From contig NZ_CP015137.1 in NCBI RefSeq assembly GCF_001644705.1, positions 2,400,001-2,432,000 on the forward strand: 32,000 nt of DNA, read 5' to 3'. The stretch's first letter is position 1. Each line of letters starts with the position of its first letter. Made by a program: the position numbers and the translations under genes. Of this stretch, positions 16,955 to 27,904 are shown one piece after another. The notes below the pieces were generated by a model. The model was not told the origin of the DNA, did not search any database, and saw nothing but the letters and a program-made list of their open reading frames with translations. This DNA comes from Dickeya solani IPO 2222 (GTDB taxonomy: Bacteria > Pseudomonadota > Gammaproteobacteria > Enterobacterales > Enterobacteriaceae).

Positions 16955-19900
16955 ATGGTTTACTCCTATACCGAGAAAAAACGCATTCGTAAGGATTTTG
17001 GGAAACGTCCGCAAGTTCTGGATATCCCCTATCTCCTTTCTATCCAGCTTGACTCGTTCCAGAAGTTTATCGAGCAAGATCCGGAAGGCCAGTACGGTCT
17101 GGAAGCTGCATTCCGTTCCGTATTTCCTATCGCAAGTTACAGCGGTAATTCCGAACTGCAGTACGTGAGTTATCGTCTGGGTGAGCCGGTATTTGACGTT
17201 CAAGAGTGTCAAATCCGCGGTGTTACCTTCTCCGCGCCGCTGCGCGTGAAACTGCGTCTGGTGATCTACGAGCGCGAAGCGCCGGAAGGCACCGTTAAAG
17301 ACATCAAAGAACAAGAAGTGTACATGGGCGAGATTCCGCTCATGACCGACAACGGCACCTTTGTCATCAATGGTACCGAGCGTGTTATCGTTTCTCAGCT
17401 GCATCGTAGCCCGGGCGTCTTCTTTGACAGCGACAAGGGTAAAACCCATTCTTCCGGTAAGGTGCTTTATAACGCACGTATCATTCCTTACCGTGGTTCC
17501 TGGCTGGATTTTGAATTCGACCCGAAAGACAACCTGTTTGTCCGTATCGACCGTCGTCGTAAACTGCCTGCTACCATCATTCTGCGTGCGCTGAGTTACT
17601 CCACCGAAGAAATTCTGGACCTGTTCTTCGATAAAGTGGTGTATGAAATCCACAACAACAAGCTGCAGATGGAACTGGTGCCGGAGCGCCTGCGTGGCGA
17701 AACCGCGTCGTTCGACATCGAAGCCGACGGCAAAGTTTACGTTGAAAAAGGCCGCCGCATCACCGCGCGCCACATCCGTCAGCTGGAAAAAGACGGCATC
17801 GAACGCATTGAAGTGCCGGTCGAATACATCGCCGGCAAAGTACTGGCTAAAGATTACGTGGATGAAAGCACCGGTGAAGTGATCGCTATGGCGAACATGG
17901 AACTGTCGCTGGATCTGCTGGCCAAGCTGAGTCAGGCGGGTCATAAGCGTCTCGACACGCTGTTCACCAATGATCTCGACCACGGTTCGTACATGTCCGA
18001 GACCCTGCGTGTCGACCCGACCAACGATCGCCTGAGCGCGCTGGTCGAAATCTACCGCATGATGCGTCCGGGCGAGCCGCCGACACGCGAAGCAGCCGAG
18101 ACCCTGTTCGGAAATCTGTTCTTCTCTGAAGATCGTTACGATCTGTCCGCGGTTGGCCGTATGAAGTTCAACCGTTCTCTGCTGCGCGAAGAAATCGAAG
18201 GTTCCGGTATCCTGAGCAAAGACGACATCATTCAGGTGATGAAGAAGCTCATCGGTATCCGTAACGGTTCTGGCGAAGTCGACGATATCGACCACCTGGG
18301 CAACCGTCGTATCCGTTCCGTGGGTGAAATGGCGGAAAACCAGTTCCGCGTCGGTCTGGTGCGTGTTGAACGTGCGGTAAAAGAGCGCCTGTCGCTGGGC
18401 GATCTGGATACGCTGATGCCGCAGGATATGATCAACGCCAAGCCGATTTCCGCGGCGGTGAAAGAGTTCTTCGGTTCCAGCCAGCTGTCCCAGTTTATGG
18501 ACCAGAACAACCCGCTGTCTGAAATTACGCATAAACGCCGTATTTCCGCATTGGGCCCAGGCGGTCTGACCCGTGAGCGCGCTGGCTTCGAAGTGCGAGA
18601 CGTACACCCGACCCATTACGGTCGCGTATGTCCTATCGAAACGCCGGAAGGTCCGAACATCGGTCTTATCAACTCGTTGTCCGTGTACGCGCAGACCAAC
18701 GAATACGGTTTCCTGGAAACCCCGTATCGCCGTGTACGCGATGGCGTGGTGACCGACGAAATCCATTACCTGTCGGCGATTGAAGAAGGCAACTACGTTA
18801 TTGCTCAGGCGAACACCAACCTGGATGACGAAGGTCACTTCATCGAGGAACTGGTTACCTGCCGTAGCAAGGGCGAATCCAGCTTGTTCAGCCGCGATCA
18901 GGTTGACTATATGGACGTTTCCACCCAACAGGTAGTATCCGTGGGTGCGTCCCTGATTCCATTCCTGGAACACGATGACGCCAACCGCGCCTTGATGGGT
19001 GCGAACATGCAACGTCAGGCGGTACCGACTCTGCGCGCTGACAAGCCGCTGGTGGGCACCGGTATGGAACGTGCGGTTGCGGTGGACTCTGGTGTAACCG
19101 CCGTTGCCAAACGCGGTGGCCTGGTTCAGTACGTGGATGCGTCCCGTATCGTGATCAAGGTTAACGAAGATGAAATGTACCCGGGCGAAGCGGGTATCGA
19201 CATCTATAACCTGACCAAATACACCCGTTCCAACCAGAACACCTGTATCAACCAGATGCCGTGCGTGTCGCTGGGCGAACCGGTTGAGCGTGGCGATGTG
19301 CTGGCCGACGGCCCGTCCACCGACCTCGGTGAACTGGCACTGGGCCAGAACATGCGTGTCGCGTTCATGCCCTGGAACGGTTACAACTTCGAAGACTCCA
19401 TCCTCGTTTCCGAACGTGTGGTGCAGGAAGACCGCTTTACCACCATCCACATTCAGGAACTGGCGTGCGTGTCTCGTGACACCAAGCTGGGGCCTGAAGA
19501 GATTACTGCCGACATCCCGAACGTAGGTGAAGCAGCGCTCTCCAAGCTGGATGAGTCCGGTATCGTTTACATCGGTGCGGAAGTGACTGGCGGTGATATT
19601 CTGGTCGGTAAAGTGACGCCGAAAGGTGAAACCCAGCTGACGCCGGAAGAGAAGCTGCTGCGCGCAATCTTCGGTGAGAAAGCGTCTGACGTGAAAGACT
19701 CTTCTCTGCGTGTGCCGAACGGCGTTTCCGGTACGGTTATCGACGTACAGGTCTTTACCCGCGATGGCGTGGAAAAAGACAAGCGCGCGCTGGAAATCGA
19801 AGAAATGCAGCTCAAGCAGGCGAAGAAAGACCTGACTGAAGAACTGCAGATTCTGGAAGCCGGCCTGTTTGCCCGTATCCACTACGTGCTGGTTGCTGGC

Positions 19901-20983
19901 GGCGTCGAAGCAGACAAACTGGACAAGCTGCCGCGCGAGCGCTGGATGGAACTGGGTCTGACCGACGAAGAGAAGCAGAACCAGCTGGAACAGTTGGCCG
20001 AGCAGTACGACGAACTGAAACACGAATTCGAGAAAAAACTCGAAGCCAAACGCCGCAAAATCACCCAGGGTGATGATCTGGCGCCGGGCGTGCTGAAGAT
20101 CGTCAAGGTGTATCTGGCGGTTAAGCGTCAGATCCAGCCGGGTGACAAGATGGCGGGGCGTCACGGTAACAAGGGTGTTATTTCCAAGATCAACCCGATC
20201 GAGGACATGCCTTACGACGAGAACGGCACGCCGGTTGACATCGTACTGAACCCGCTGGGCGTACCGTCACGTATGAACATCGGTCAGATTCTGGAAACTC
20301 ACCTGGGCATGGCTGCCAAAGGTATCGGCGACAAGATCAACGCCATGCTGAAACAGCAGCAGGAAGTCGCCAAGCTGCGCGAGTTTATCCAGAGAGCCTA
20401 TGACCTGGGTAACGACGTGCGTCAGAAAGTCGACCTGAACACCTTCAGCGATGAAGAAGTGCTGCGTCTGGCGGAAAATCTGAAGAAAGGCATGCCGATC
20501 GCCACGCCGGTGTTCGACGGTGCCAAGGAAAACGAGATCAAAGAGTTGCTGAAACTCGGCGATCTGCCGACTTCCGGTCAGATTACGCTGTTCGACGGCC
20601 GTACCGGTGAGCAATTCGAGCGTTCGGTTACCGTGGGCTACATGTACATGCTGAAACTGAACCACCTGGTGGATGACAAGATGCATGCCCGTTCTACCGG
20701 CTCTTACAGCCTGGTTACCCAGCAGCCGCTGGGTGGTAAGGCGCAGTTCGGTGGTCAGCGCTTCGGTGAGATGGAAGTGTGGGCGCTGGAAGCTTACGGC
20801 GCCGCCTATACCCTGCAGGAAATGCTGACGGTGAAATCCGATGACGTGAACGGCCGTACCAAGATGTACAAAAACATCGTGGATGGCGATCACCGGATGG
20901 AACCGGGTATGCCGGAATCCTTCAACGTACTGTTGAAAGAAATCCGCTCCCTGGGTATCAACATCGAGCTGGAAGAAGAGTAA
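16955..20983 (+). CDS. rpoB: DNA-directed RNA polymerase subunit beta
   Basis: 1342 aa from the ATG at 16955 ([23 protein letters not shown]...). Rif cluster I reads wild type ([32 protein letters not shown]). Confidence 0.99.
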   Translation: MVYSYTEKKRIRKDFGKRPQVLDIPYLLSIQLDSFQKFIEQDPEGQYGLEAAFRSVFPIASYSGNSELQYVSYRLGEPVFDVQECQIRGVTFSAPLRVKLRLVIYEREAPEGTVKDIKEQEVYMGEIPLMTDNGTFVINGTERVIVSQLHRSPGVFFDSDKGKTHSSGKVLYNARIIPYRGSWLDFEFDPKDNLFVRIDRRRKLPATIILRALSYSTEEILDLFFDKVVYEIHNNKLQMELVPERLRGETASFDIEADGKVYVEKGRRITARHIRQLEKDGIERIEVPVEYIAGKVLAKDYVDESTGEVIAMANMELSLDLLAKLSQAGHKRLDTLFTNDLDHGSYMSETLRVDPTNDRLSALVEIYRMMRPGEPPTREAAETLFGNLFFSEDRYDLSAVGRMKFNRSLLREEIEGSGILSKDDIIQVMKKLIGIRNGSGEVDDIDHLGNRRIRSVGEMAENQFRVGLVRVERAVKERLSLGDLDTLMPQDMINAKPISAAVKEFFGSSQLSQFMDQNNPLSEITHKRRISALGPGGLTRERAGFEVRDVHPTHYGRVCPIETPEGPNIGLINSLSVYAQTNEYGFLETPYRRVRDGVVTDEIHYLSAIEEGNYVIAQANTNLDDEGHFIEELVTCRSKGESSLFSRDQVDYMDVSTQQVVSVGASLIPFLEHDDANRALMGANMQRQAVPTLRADKPLVGTGMERAVAVDSGVTAVAKRGGLVQYVDASRIVIKVNEDEMYPGEAGIDIYNLTKYTRSNQNTCINQMPCVSLGEPVERGDVLADGPSTDLGELALGQNMRVAFMPWNGYNFEDSILVSERVVQEDRFTTIHIQELACVSRDTKLGPEEITADIPNVGEAALSKLDESGIVYIGAEVTGGDILVGKVTPKGETQLTPEEKLLRAIFGEKASDVKDSSLRVPNGVSGTVIDVQVFTRDGVEKDKRALEIEEMQLKQAKKDLTEELQILEAGLFARIHYVLVAGGVEADKLDKLPRERWMELGLTDEEKQNQLEQLAEQYDELKHEFEKKLEAKRRKITQGDDLAPGVLKIVKVYLAVKRQIQPGDKMAGRHGNKGVISKINPIEDMPYDENGTPVDIVLNPLGVPSRMNIGQILETHLGMAAKGIGDKINAMLKQQQEVAKLREFIQRAYDLGNDVRQKVDLNTFSDEEVLRLAENLKKGMPIATPVFDGAKENEIKELLKLGDLPTSGQITLFDGRTGEQFERSVTVGYMYMLKLNHLVDDKMHARSTGSYSLVTQQPLGGKAQFGGQRFGEMEVWALEAYGAAYTLQEMLTVKSDDVNGRTKMYKNIVDGDHRMEPGMPESFNVLLKEIRSLGINIELEEE

Positions 20984-21090
20984 TCCCAGCCTGATAGCGC
21001 TGCGAGCATTCGTTACAGGGGCACCTGAGCTTTGTTGTTTAACAACATGGTTCAGGTGTCTGACAGGTCTAACTCCGACAGGAGCCATCC

Positions 21091-24000
21091 GTGAAAGACT
21101 TATTAAAGTTTCTGAAAGCGCAAACTAAAACCGAAGAGTTTGATGCGATCAAAATTGCGCTGGCCTCGCCAGACATGATCCGTTCCTGGTCTTTTGGTGA
21201 AGTGAAAAAGCCAGAAACCATCAACTACCGTACGTTCAAACCAGAACGTGACGGCTTGTTCTGCGCCCGTATTTTTGGGCCGGTAAAAGACTATGAGTGC
21301 TTGTGCGGTAAGTACAAGCGCCTGAAACACCGTGGCGTGATTTGTGAGAAATGCGGCGTTGAAGTGACCCAGACCAAAGTGCGTCGTGAGCGCATGGGCC
21401 ACATCGAGCTGGCGTCTCCGACCGCTCACATCTGGTTCCTGAAATCCCTGCCGTCCCGTATCGGCTTGCTGCTGGATATGCCGCTGCGTGATATCGAGCG
21501 CGTACTGTACTTCGAATCCTATGTGGTGGTCGAAGGCGGGATGACCAACCTGGAGCGCCGTCAGATCCTGACTGAAGAGCAGTATCTGGACGCTCTGGAA
21601 GAGTTCGGTGACGAATTCGACGCCAAGATGGGCGCCGAAGCGATCCAGGCTCTGCTGAAAAACATGGATCTGGAGCAGGAATGCGAACACCTGCGCGAAG
21701 AGTTGAACGAAACCAACTCCGAGACCAAACGTAAGAAGCTGACCAAGCGCATCAAGCTGCTGGAAGCGTTCGTGCAGTCCGGCAACAAGCCGGAGTGGAT
21801 GATCCTGACCGTGCTGCCGGTGCTGCCGCCGGACCTGCGTCCGCTGGTTCCGCTGGACGGCGGTCGTTTCGCTACGTCGGATCTGAACGATCTGTACCGT
21901 CGCGTGATCAACCGTAACAACCGTTTGAAACGCCTGCTGGATCTGGCTGCGCCGGACATCATCGTACGTAACGAAAAACGTATGCTGCAGGAAGCCGTGG
22001 ATGCGCTGCTGGATAACGGCCGTCGCGGTCGTGCTATCACCGGTTCCAACAAGCGTCCGCTGAAATCTTTGGCCGATATGATCAAAGGTAAGCAGGGTCG
22101 TTTCCGTCAGAACCTGTTGGGTAAGCGCGTGGACTACTCCGGTCGTTCCGTAATTACCGTGGGTCCGTACCTGCGTCTGCATCAGTGCGGTCTGCCGAAG
22201 AAAATGGCGCTGGAACTGTTCAAACCGTTCATCTACGGCAAGCTGGAACTGCGTGGTCTGGCGACCACCATCAAAGCCGCCAAGAAAATGGTGGAACGTG
22301 AAGAAGCGGTGGTATGGGATATCCTGGATGAAGTCATCCGCGAACACCCGGTACTGCTGAACCGTGCGCCGACCCTGCACCGTCTGGGTATTCAGGCGTT
22401 CGAACCGGTCCTGATCGAAGGTAAAGCCATTCAGCTGCACCCGCTGGTGTGTGCGGCGTACAACGCCGACTTCGACGGTGACCAGATGGCTGTTCACGTA
22501 CCGCTGACACTGGAAGCCCAGTTGGAAGCGCGTGCGTTGATGATGTCCACCAACAACATTCTGTCGCCGGCGAACGGTGAGCCGATCATCGTTCCGTCTC
22601 AGGACGTGGTGCTGGGTCTGTATTACATGACCCGTGACTGTGTTAACGCCAAAGGCGAAGGCATGGTGCTGACCGGTCCGAAAGAAGCTGAGCGTATCTA
22701 TCGCGCAGGTTTGGCTTCGCTGCACGCTCGCGTGAAAGTGCGTATTACCGAGCACGAGAAGAACGCGCAGGGCGAGTGGACGCAGAAAATCAGCCTGATC
22801 GACACCACTGTGGGTCGTGCGATTCTGTGGATGATCGTGCCGAAAGGTCTGCCTTACTCCATCGTCAACCAGGCGCTGGGTAAGAAAGCGATCTCCAAGA
22901 TGCTGAACACCTGCTATCGCGTGTTGGGTCTGAAGCCGACGGTTATTTTTGCCGACCAGATCATGTACACCGGTTTTGCTTACGCGGCGCGTTCCGGTTC
23001 TTCCGTGGGTATCGACGATATGGTCATCCCGGCGAAGAAAGTGGAAATCATCAGCGAAGCGGAAGCCGAAGTTGCCGAGATTCAGGAGCAGTTCCAGTCT
23101 GGTCTGGTAACCGCGGGCGAGCGTTACAACAAAGTCATCGACATCTGGGCTGCGGCGAACGAGCGTGTGGCCAAGGCGATGATGGAAAACCTCTCTACCG
23201 AAACGGTAATCAACCGTAACGGCGAAGAAGAGAAACAGGTTTCCTTTAACAGCATCTTTATGATGGCCGACTCCGGTGCGCGTGGTTCTGCCGCACAGAT
23301 TCGTCAGCTGGCAGGGATGCGTGGTCTGATGGCGAAGCCGGATGGCTCCATCATCGAAACGCCGATCACCGCGAACTTCCGTGAAGGTCTGAACGTACTC
23401 CAGTACTTCATTTCAACACACGGTGCGCGTAAAGGTTTGGCGGATACCGCGTTGAAGACCGCGAACTCCGGTTATCTGACACGTCGTCTGGTTGACGTCG
23501 CGCAGGATCTGGTGGTGACGGAAGACGATTGCGGCACCCACGAAGGCATCATGATGACGCCGGTTATCGAGGGTGGCGACGTGAAAGAGCCACTGCGTGA
23601 GCGCGTATTGGGCCGTGTGGCGGCTGAAGACGTGATCAAGCCGGGTACTGCCGATATTTTGGTTCCGCGCAATACGCTGCTGGATGAACACTGGTGTGAC
23701 CTGTTGGAAGAAAACTCCGTCGACGCCGTGAAAGTTCGTTCTGTGGTAGGTTGTGAAACCGACTTCGGTGTGTGCGCCAAGTGCTATGGCCGTGACCTGG
23801 CACGTGGTCATATCATCAACAAGGGTGAAGCCATCGGGGTTATCGCGGCACAGTCCATCGGTGAACCGGGTACCCAGTTGACGATGCGTACGTTCCACAT
23901 CGGTGGTGCGGCATCTCGTGCGGCAGCCGAGTCCAGCATTCAGGTGAAAAACAAAGGTAGCCTGAAACTGACCAACGCCAAGTTCGTTAAGAACATCGCT

Positions 24001-25314
24001 GGCAAGCTGGTGATCACCTCGCGTAACACCGAGCTGAAACTGATCGACGAATTCGGTCGTACCAAAGAAAGCTATAAAGTGCCTTACGGTGCGGTCATGG
24101 GCAAAGGCGATGGTTCAGAGGTTAGCGGTGGCGATACCGTCGCGAACTGGGATCCGCATACCATGCCGGTTATCACCGAAGTGGGCGGTAGCATCCGCTT
24201 CACCGACATGATCGACGGCCAGACGATTACCCGTCAGACCGACGAACTGACCGGTCTGTCCTCCATCGTGGTGCTGGACAGTGCGGAACGTACCGGTGGT
24301 GGTAAGGACCTGCGTCCGGCGCTGAAAATCGTTGACGCCAACGGCAATGACGTACTGATTCCGGGTACCGACATGCCTGCACAGTACTTCCTGCCGGGCA
24401 AAGCGATTGTCCAGTTGGAAGATGGCACTCAGATCGGTGCGGGTGATACCCTGGCGCGTATTCCGCAGGAATCCGGCGGTACCAAGGATATTACCGGTGG
24501 TCTGCCGCGCGTTGCCGACTTGTTCGAAGCGCGTCGTCCGAAAGAGCCGGCTATTCTGGCTGAGATCAGCGGTATTATCTCGTTCGGTAAAGAGACCAAA
24601 GGCAAACGTCGTTTGGTGATCTCACCGTTGGATGGTAGCGACGCCTACGAAGAGATGATCCCGAAATGGCGTCAGCTCAACGTGTTCGAAGGTGAACGTG
24701 TGGAACGCGGTGACGTGGTTTCCGACGGTCCGGAATCTCCGCATGACATCCTGCGTCTGCGCGGTGTGCACGCGGTAACCCGTTACATCGTGAACGAAGT
24801 ACAGGAAGTTTACCGACTGCAGGGCGTGAAGATTAACGATAAACACATCGAAGTTATCGTTCGTCAGATGCTGCGTAAAGGCACCATCGTTAATCCGGGC
24901 AGCTCTGAGTTCCTGGAAGGCGAGCAGGTGGAAATGTCGCGCATCAAGATCGCTAATCGTCAGCTGGAAACGGACGGCAAGATTTCGGCAACCTACAGCC
25001 GCGATCTGCTGGGTATCACCAAAGCGTCTCTGGCTACCGAGTCCTTCATCTCCGCAGCGTCGTTCCAGGAAACGACCCGCGTGCTGACGGAAGCGGCGGT
25101 TGCCGGTAAACGTGATGAGCTGCGTGGCCTGAAAGAGAACGTCATCGTGGGTCGTCTGATCCCGGCCGGTACCGGCTATGCGTACCATCAGGATCGCATG
25201 CGCCGTCGTCAGGCTGGCGAAGTCCCGGCAGTGGTTCAGGTGAGTGCGGATGAAGCATCTGCCAACCTGGCTGAACTGTTGAACGCCGGCTTTGGCAGCA
25301 GCGACGACGAATAA
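21091..25314 (+). CDS. rpoC: DNA-directed RNA polymerase subunit beta'
   Basis: 1407 aa with a GTG start ([28 protein letters not shown]...). NADFDGD catalytic motif present. Confidence 0.99.
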   Translation: MKDLLKFLKAQTKTEEFDAIKIALASPDMIRSWSFGEVKKPETINYRTFKPERDGLFCARIFGPVKDYECLCGKYKRLKHRGVICEKCGVEVTQTKVRRERMGHIELASPTAHIWFLKSLPSRIGLLLDMPLRDIERVLYFESYVVVEGGMTNLERRQILTEEQYLDALEEFGDEFDAKMGAEAIQALLKNMDLEQECEHLREELNETNSETKRKKLTKRIKLLEAFVQSGNKPEWMILTVLPVLPPDLRPLVPLDGGRFATSDLNDLYRRVINRNNRLKRLLDLAAPDIIVRNEKRMLQEAVDALLDNGRRGRAITGSNKRPLKSLADMIKGKQGRFRQNLLGKRVDYSGRSVITVGPYLRLHQCGLPKKMALELFKPFIYGKLELRGLATTIKAAKKMVEREEAVVWDILDEVIREHPVLLNRAPTLHRLGIQAFEPVLIEGKAIQLHPLVCAAYNADFDGDQMAVHVPLTLEAQLEARALMMSTNNILSPANGEPIIVPSQDVVLGLYYMTRDCVNAKGEGMVLTGPKEAERIYRAGLASLHARVKVRITEHEKNAQGEWTQKISLIDTTVGRAILWMIVPKGLPYSIVNQALGKKAISKMLNTCYRVLGLKPTVIFADQIMYTGFAYAARSGSSVGIDDMVIPAKKVEIISEAEAEVAEIQEQFQSGLVTAGERYNKVIDIWAAANERVAKAMMENLSTETVINRNGEEEKQVSFNSIFMMADSGARGSAAQIRQLAGMRGLMAKPDGSIIETPITANFREGLNVLQYFISTHGARKGLADTALKTANSGYLTRRLVDVAQDLVVTEDDCGTHEGIMMTPVIEGGDVKEPLRERVLGRVAAEDVIKPGTADILVPRNTLLDEHWCDLLEENSVDAVKVRSVVGCETDFGVCAKCYGRDLARGHIINKGEAIGVIAAQSIGEPGTQLTMRTFHIGGAASRAAAESSIQVKNKGSLKLTNAKFVKNIAGKLVITSRNTELKLIDEFGRTKESYKVPYGAVMGKGDGSEVSGGDTVANWDPHTMPVITEVGGSIRFTDMIDGQTITRQTDELTGLSSIVVLDSAERTGGGKDLRPALKIVDANGNDVLIPGTDMPAQYFLPGKAIVQLEDGTQIGAGDTLARIPQESGGTKDITGGLPRVADLFEARRPKEPAILAEISGIISFGKETKGKRRLVISPLDGSDAYEEMIPKWRQLNVFEGERVERGDVVSDGPESPHDILRLRGVHAVTRYIVNEVQEVYRLQGVKINDKHIEVIVRQMLRKGTIVNPGSSEFLEGEQVEMSRIKIANRQLETDGKISATYSRDLLGITKASLATESFISAASFQETTRVLTEAAVAGKRDELRGLKENVIVGRLIPAGTGYAYHQDRMRRRQAGEVPAVVQVSADEASANLAELLNAGFGSSDDE

Positions 25315-25334
25315 CCGTCAGTTTCACCGATAAT

Positions 25335-25371
25335 AAAAAACCGTACCTTAGCGATAAGGTGCGGTTTTTTT
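25335..25371 (+). terminator. rpoC intrinsic terminator
   Basis: A6-CCGTACCTTA-gcga-TAAGGTGCGG-T7. Confidence 0.9.
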
Positions 25372-25433
25372 ATATTCTTATTTCACATGAGTATCTTTTA
25401 TTGACGACCGTGACTGTTTAAAAATGGTTTATT

Positions 25434-25727
25434 GCGAAACTCACCCGATGGGCCGTCGCAGGCGACGTTAAAAAACGCTTTCAGCGTTTTATGATTCGTT
25501 CCGCCCTGATGGCGGAACTCACCCTGTGGGTCGTCGCGGGCGACGTTAAAAAACGCTTTCAGCGTTTTATGATTCATTCCGCCCTGATGGCGGAACTCAC
25601 CCTGTGGGTCGTCGCGGGCGACGTTAAAAAACGCTTTCAGCGTTTTATGATTCATTCCGCCCTGATGGCGGAACTCACCCTGTGGGTCGTCGCGGGCGAC
25701 GTTAAAAAACGCTTTCAGCGTTTTTTT
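25434..25727. repeat. Tandem array of a 78-bp unit, about 3.8 copies, each unit holding three short hairpins
   Basis: Units at 25499-25576 and 25577-25654 look identical. A copy at 25655-25727 ends in T7. A 5'-degenerate copy lies at 25434-25498. The period is 78-79 bp, measured from the GACGTT landmarks at 25463, 25542, 25620 and 25698. Confidence 0.95.
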
Positions 25728-25791
25728 GGTGGCGGGGAAAAGACATAATTGCGCTATAACATCAGCATGGAAGTTTCATAAGGAATGTCCG

Positions 25792-26889
25792 ATGCGACTC
25801 ACGACAACGCTTTCAGGCGTCATTCTGGTTTTGCTGTCCGGCAGCGCGTTCAGCGCCGGCGAGATGCCTTCCGGTTATCCGACTCCGGTGCAGAAGGTAT
25901 TCCGGCACTGGCAGATTACCTGCAACAACCTGAATGATTGCGATATCAGGAACAATGACCCGTACCTGCGTGTGACGCTAAAGCGTGAAGCGGGCGCTCA
26001 GGGCAAAATCTCATTGGACTTCGATCTGGCCGATAAACGTCAGGCGCTGTATCTGGATGGCGTCCGCTTTCCGCTGACCCAGCCCGCCTGGCAGACGGAT
26101 GAGGAAGAGGGGGCGTTCTACGTCCATACCGATCAGCTGGATGTGATCCAGCAGTTTGTGCTGGCGGCCAAAAACGCCAAACGACTGTCGCTGTCGGAGC
26201 ATGGTGGTAGTCAGGGTAATAATCAGGAAGAGTCCATCTCGCTTAATGGCCTGAATGCGGCGTTATTGCTGGCGGATGAACGGCAGGGGCGCCTGAATAA
26301 CCACAGCGCATTATTGCAGGTCGGCGATGGCGAGGTGGCGCAGGTGCCGCCGGTACCGGTGGGGCAGGAAATCAACCCGGCTTACACCCAGCCGCCGCCG
26401 CTGACCAATGCGAAAATACTGATTAACGGCGTGATCAACGCCAAAAAAAATCTGCTGGAAGAGGAAGACTGCGGGTTGAGCAAAGAAGCCCGCCAGTTGA
26501 GTGAAGTCGAACCGCTGACCAACGAGCTGGCGCTGGTGATGCTCAATTGCGGCATGGGTGCCTATCAGTCCTCCAGCATGCTGTTTGTCACGCCGCGCAA
26601 TAATCCGCAGGCTGCACAGTTGCTGGAGTTGCCAAGGCCCATTCGCCCGGTGGACAGCCGTGAGGAAAAAATCCGCTGGTTTACCGAAGCGGACTATGAC
26701 CCGGAAAGCGGCATGCTGTATCACTCGGCGAAAGGACGCGGCATTGCAGACTGCGGCGAAAGCGCGCAGTGGGTGTTTGACGGCAAGACTTTCCAGCTTG
26801 TGGCTTACAACTATCAGCCGGAATGCAATGGTGGGCAGCCGGGAGACTGGCCGTCGGTGTGGGCGATGCCGGGCTACCCGACCGAGTAG
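25792..26889 (+). CDS. Secreted six-cysteine protein of unknown function (DUF1176-like, family assignment from memory)
   Basis: 365 aa from the ATG at 25792, with an AAGGAA SD at 25780-25785. Sec signal peptide MRLTTTLSGVILVLLSGSAFSA. Exactly six Cys are present (TCNNLNDC, DCG, NCG, DCG, ECN). Confidence 0.85.
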   Translation: MRLTTTLSGVILVLLSGSAFSAGEMPSGYPTPVQKVFRHWQITCNNLNDCDIRNNDPYLRVTLKREAGAQGKISLDFDLADKRQALYLDGVRFPLTQPAWQTDEEEGAFYVHTDQLDVIQQFVLAAKNAKRLSLSEHGGSQGNNQEESISLNGLNAALLLADERQGRLNNHSALLQVGDGEVAQVPPVPVGQEINPAYTQPPPLTNAKILINGVINAKKNLLEEEDCGLSKEARQLSEVEPLTNELALVMLNCGMGAYQSSSMLFVTPRNNPQAAQLLELPRPIRPVDSREEKIRWFTEADYDPESGMLYHSAKGRGIADCGESAQWVFDGKTFQLVAYNYQPECNGGQPGDWPSVWAMPGYPTE

Positions 26890-27156
26890 CCCGGCACGAT
26901 GTTGACAGCCGGCGTGGTTTTCTCTCCGTCCACGCTGGCTGGGAGGCGGCGGCTCCGATGGCAAGCTTCGGTTCCGGCTGTATCAGCCCGCGCACTGTAA
27001 CAACCGCCCGTCCGCCCGGCGACGGGCAATTCAGTGATGTGCGCGGCAGTACGCATGCCATCGTTTCCTCTCTGTATTGATTACCTTTTTCTGCGCGGTG
27101 TCTCGCATATTCGGCCTCGCTTGCGCGTTGTTCCGTTCGCTATCGTTTATCCGTTG

Positions 27157-27339
27157 CTACCAGAAATTGTCCACATCCCGGCGTGTTAGCCCTATGTCCT
27201 CCAACCGATCGTTGTCCAGTCTACGTAGCGCCTTTCGTGCCTGTACTCGCTGCCGCCAGGCGCGCCAACGCCGGCGGACATGATGAAGGAAGAAACGCGG
27301 GCCGACGGTGATATTTGAACGGCGGAGTGGCTGTGTCAT
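27157..27339 (-). CDS. DUF1127 small Arg-rich protein, paralog 1
   Basis: 60 aa from the internal ATG at 27339 (MTQPLRR...RRRWRAWRQRVQARKALRRLDNDRLEDIGLTRRDVDNFW). The C-terminal L..L.D..L.DIGL.R.D motif is typical of DUF1127. The SD is weak and the 113-aa extended ORF was rejected. Confidence 0.75.
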   Translation of the reverse strand: MTQPLRRSNITVGPRFFLHHVRRRWRAWRQRVQARKALRRLDNDRLEDIGLTRRDVDNFW

Positions 27340-27563
27340 GGTGGTATCCCGGTTAACTGTGCTGGAAATAGTGTGCAGCCGGCGTGTTTCAGGATACAGA
27401 TGCAGAAAATGGCTATCCTGATCATACAGAAGTGCTATTGGGCGATCTGAATTACGATTTTTGCTGCGATCTGTACCTGTTTCTCTTTTCCGCTTCATGG
27501 TTTAAAGGAGACAGGTACGGATCGTGATGCTGGGAATGTCCGATGGCCGATCGCGCAGGATCA

Positions 27564-27749
27564 TCACCGGTAAAGACGTTGAATGTCTTCTCGTTTTAGA
27601 CCGATATCCTGCAAGCGATCATCATCCAGTTGAGTCAGGATGTGGCGAGTTTTGCGTTGCCAGTGCCAATGCAATAACTGTCGGCACAGATGCCGCAGTA
27701 TGGAAGCATGAGTAGGTAATACAGTGTGACGAGGTGGACGTGTAGTCAT
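27564..27749 (-). CDS. DUF1127 small Arg/His-rich protein, paralog 2
   Basis: 61 aa from the ATG at 27749 with a GGAG SD (MTTRPPRH...WHWQRKTRHILTQLDDDRLQDIGLKREDIQRLYR). It carries the same motif as paralog 1. Confidence 0.8.
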   Translation of the reverse strand: MTTRPPRHTVLPTHASILRHLCRQLLHWHWQRKTRHILTQLDDDRLQDIGLKREDIQRLYR

Positions 27750-27793
27750 GATAATTCTCCGCAGGTGAAGACTGGATAGGATCATGACAAGTC

Positions 27794-27889
27794 GGTCTGT
27801 ATGGTTTTAGAGGCAGTTTCCGACTTTATTTTTAATACAGATGGCGTAATGGACGTTCTGAATGGTTGTTTTGATGGTGTTCTGTATGG
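27794..27889. promoter_or_regulatory. Candidate operator region between DUF1127 paralog 2 and the MocR regulator
   Basis: TCTGTATGG at 27796 and 27881, TCTGAATGG at 27857, and the inverted ATACAGATGG at 27835. Confidence 0.35.
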
Positions 27890-27904
27890 CGGAATTGGGG
27901 AAGA

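Noticed and set aside
18440-18640. Checked the rpoB rifampicin-resistance cluster I for substitutions
   Set aside because: The sequence reads as wild type (D516, H526 and S531 equivalents intact), so there is nothing to report.
16766-20164. A 1132-aa ORF antisense to rpoB, plus similar long antisense ORFs at 21103-22755 (rpoC), 11705-12679 (tufB), 14202-15164 (rplKA), 15705-16202 (rplJ) and 16248-16895 (rplL)
   Set aside because: They lie exactly opposite highly expressed, strongly codon-biased genes whose identity is certain. Their products are low-complexity (R/F/H/V/Q-rich) with no motifs. These are shadow ORFs caused by codon bias depleting antisense stops.
25398-25748. 85-aa repeat-encoded ORFs on both strands of the 78-bp array, and a CRISPR interpretation
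   Set aside because: No SD precedes either start, and both strands are open only because the period is a multiple of 3. There are no unique spacers, so it is not CRISPR. The array is kept as a repeat finding, with translation flagged only as something to test.
26311-27061. ORFs at 26311-26964, 26681-27061 and 26874-27056 (minus) and 26558-27080 (plus), around the 3' end of the DUF1176-like gene
   Set aside because: Most are antisense to or overlap a well-supported secreted-protein gene in GC-rich DNA. The 60-aa ORF at 26874-27056 has an AGAGGAAA upstream but has unremarkable composition with no recognisable motif. The evidence is insufficient.
27077-27715. Plus-strand ORFs at 27077-27283 and 27524-27715, antisense to the DUF1127 genes
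   Set aside because: They use a non-ATG or weak start, have no SD, and their products are Ser/Arg/Cys-rich low-complexity sequence. The opposite-strand DUF1127 motif is far more convincing.
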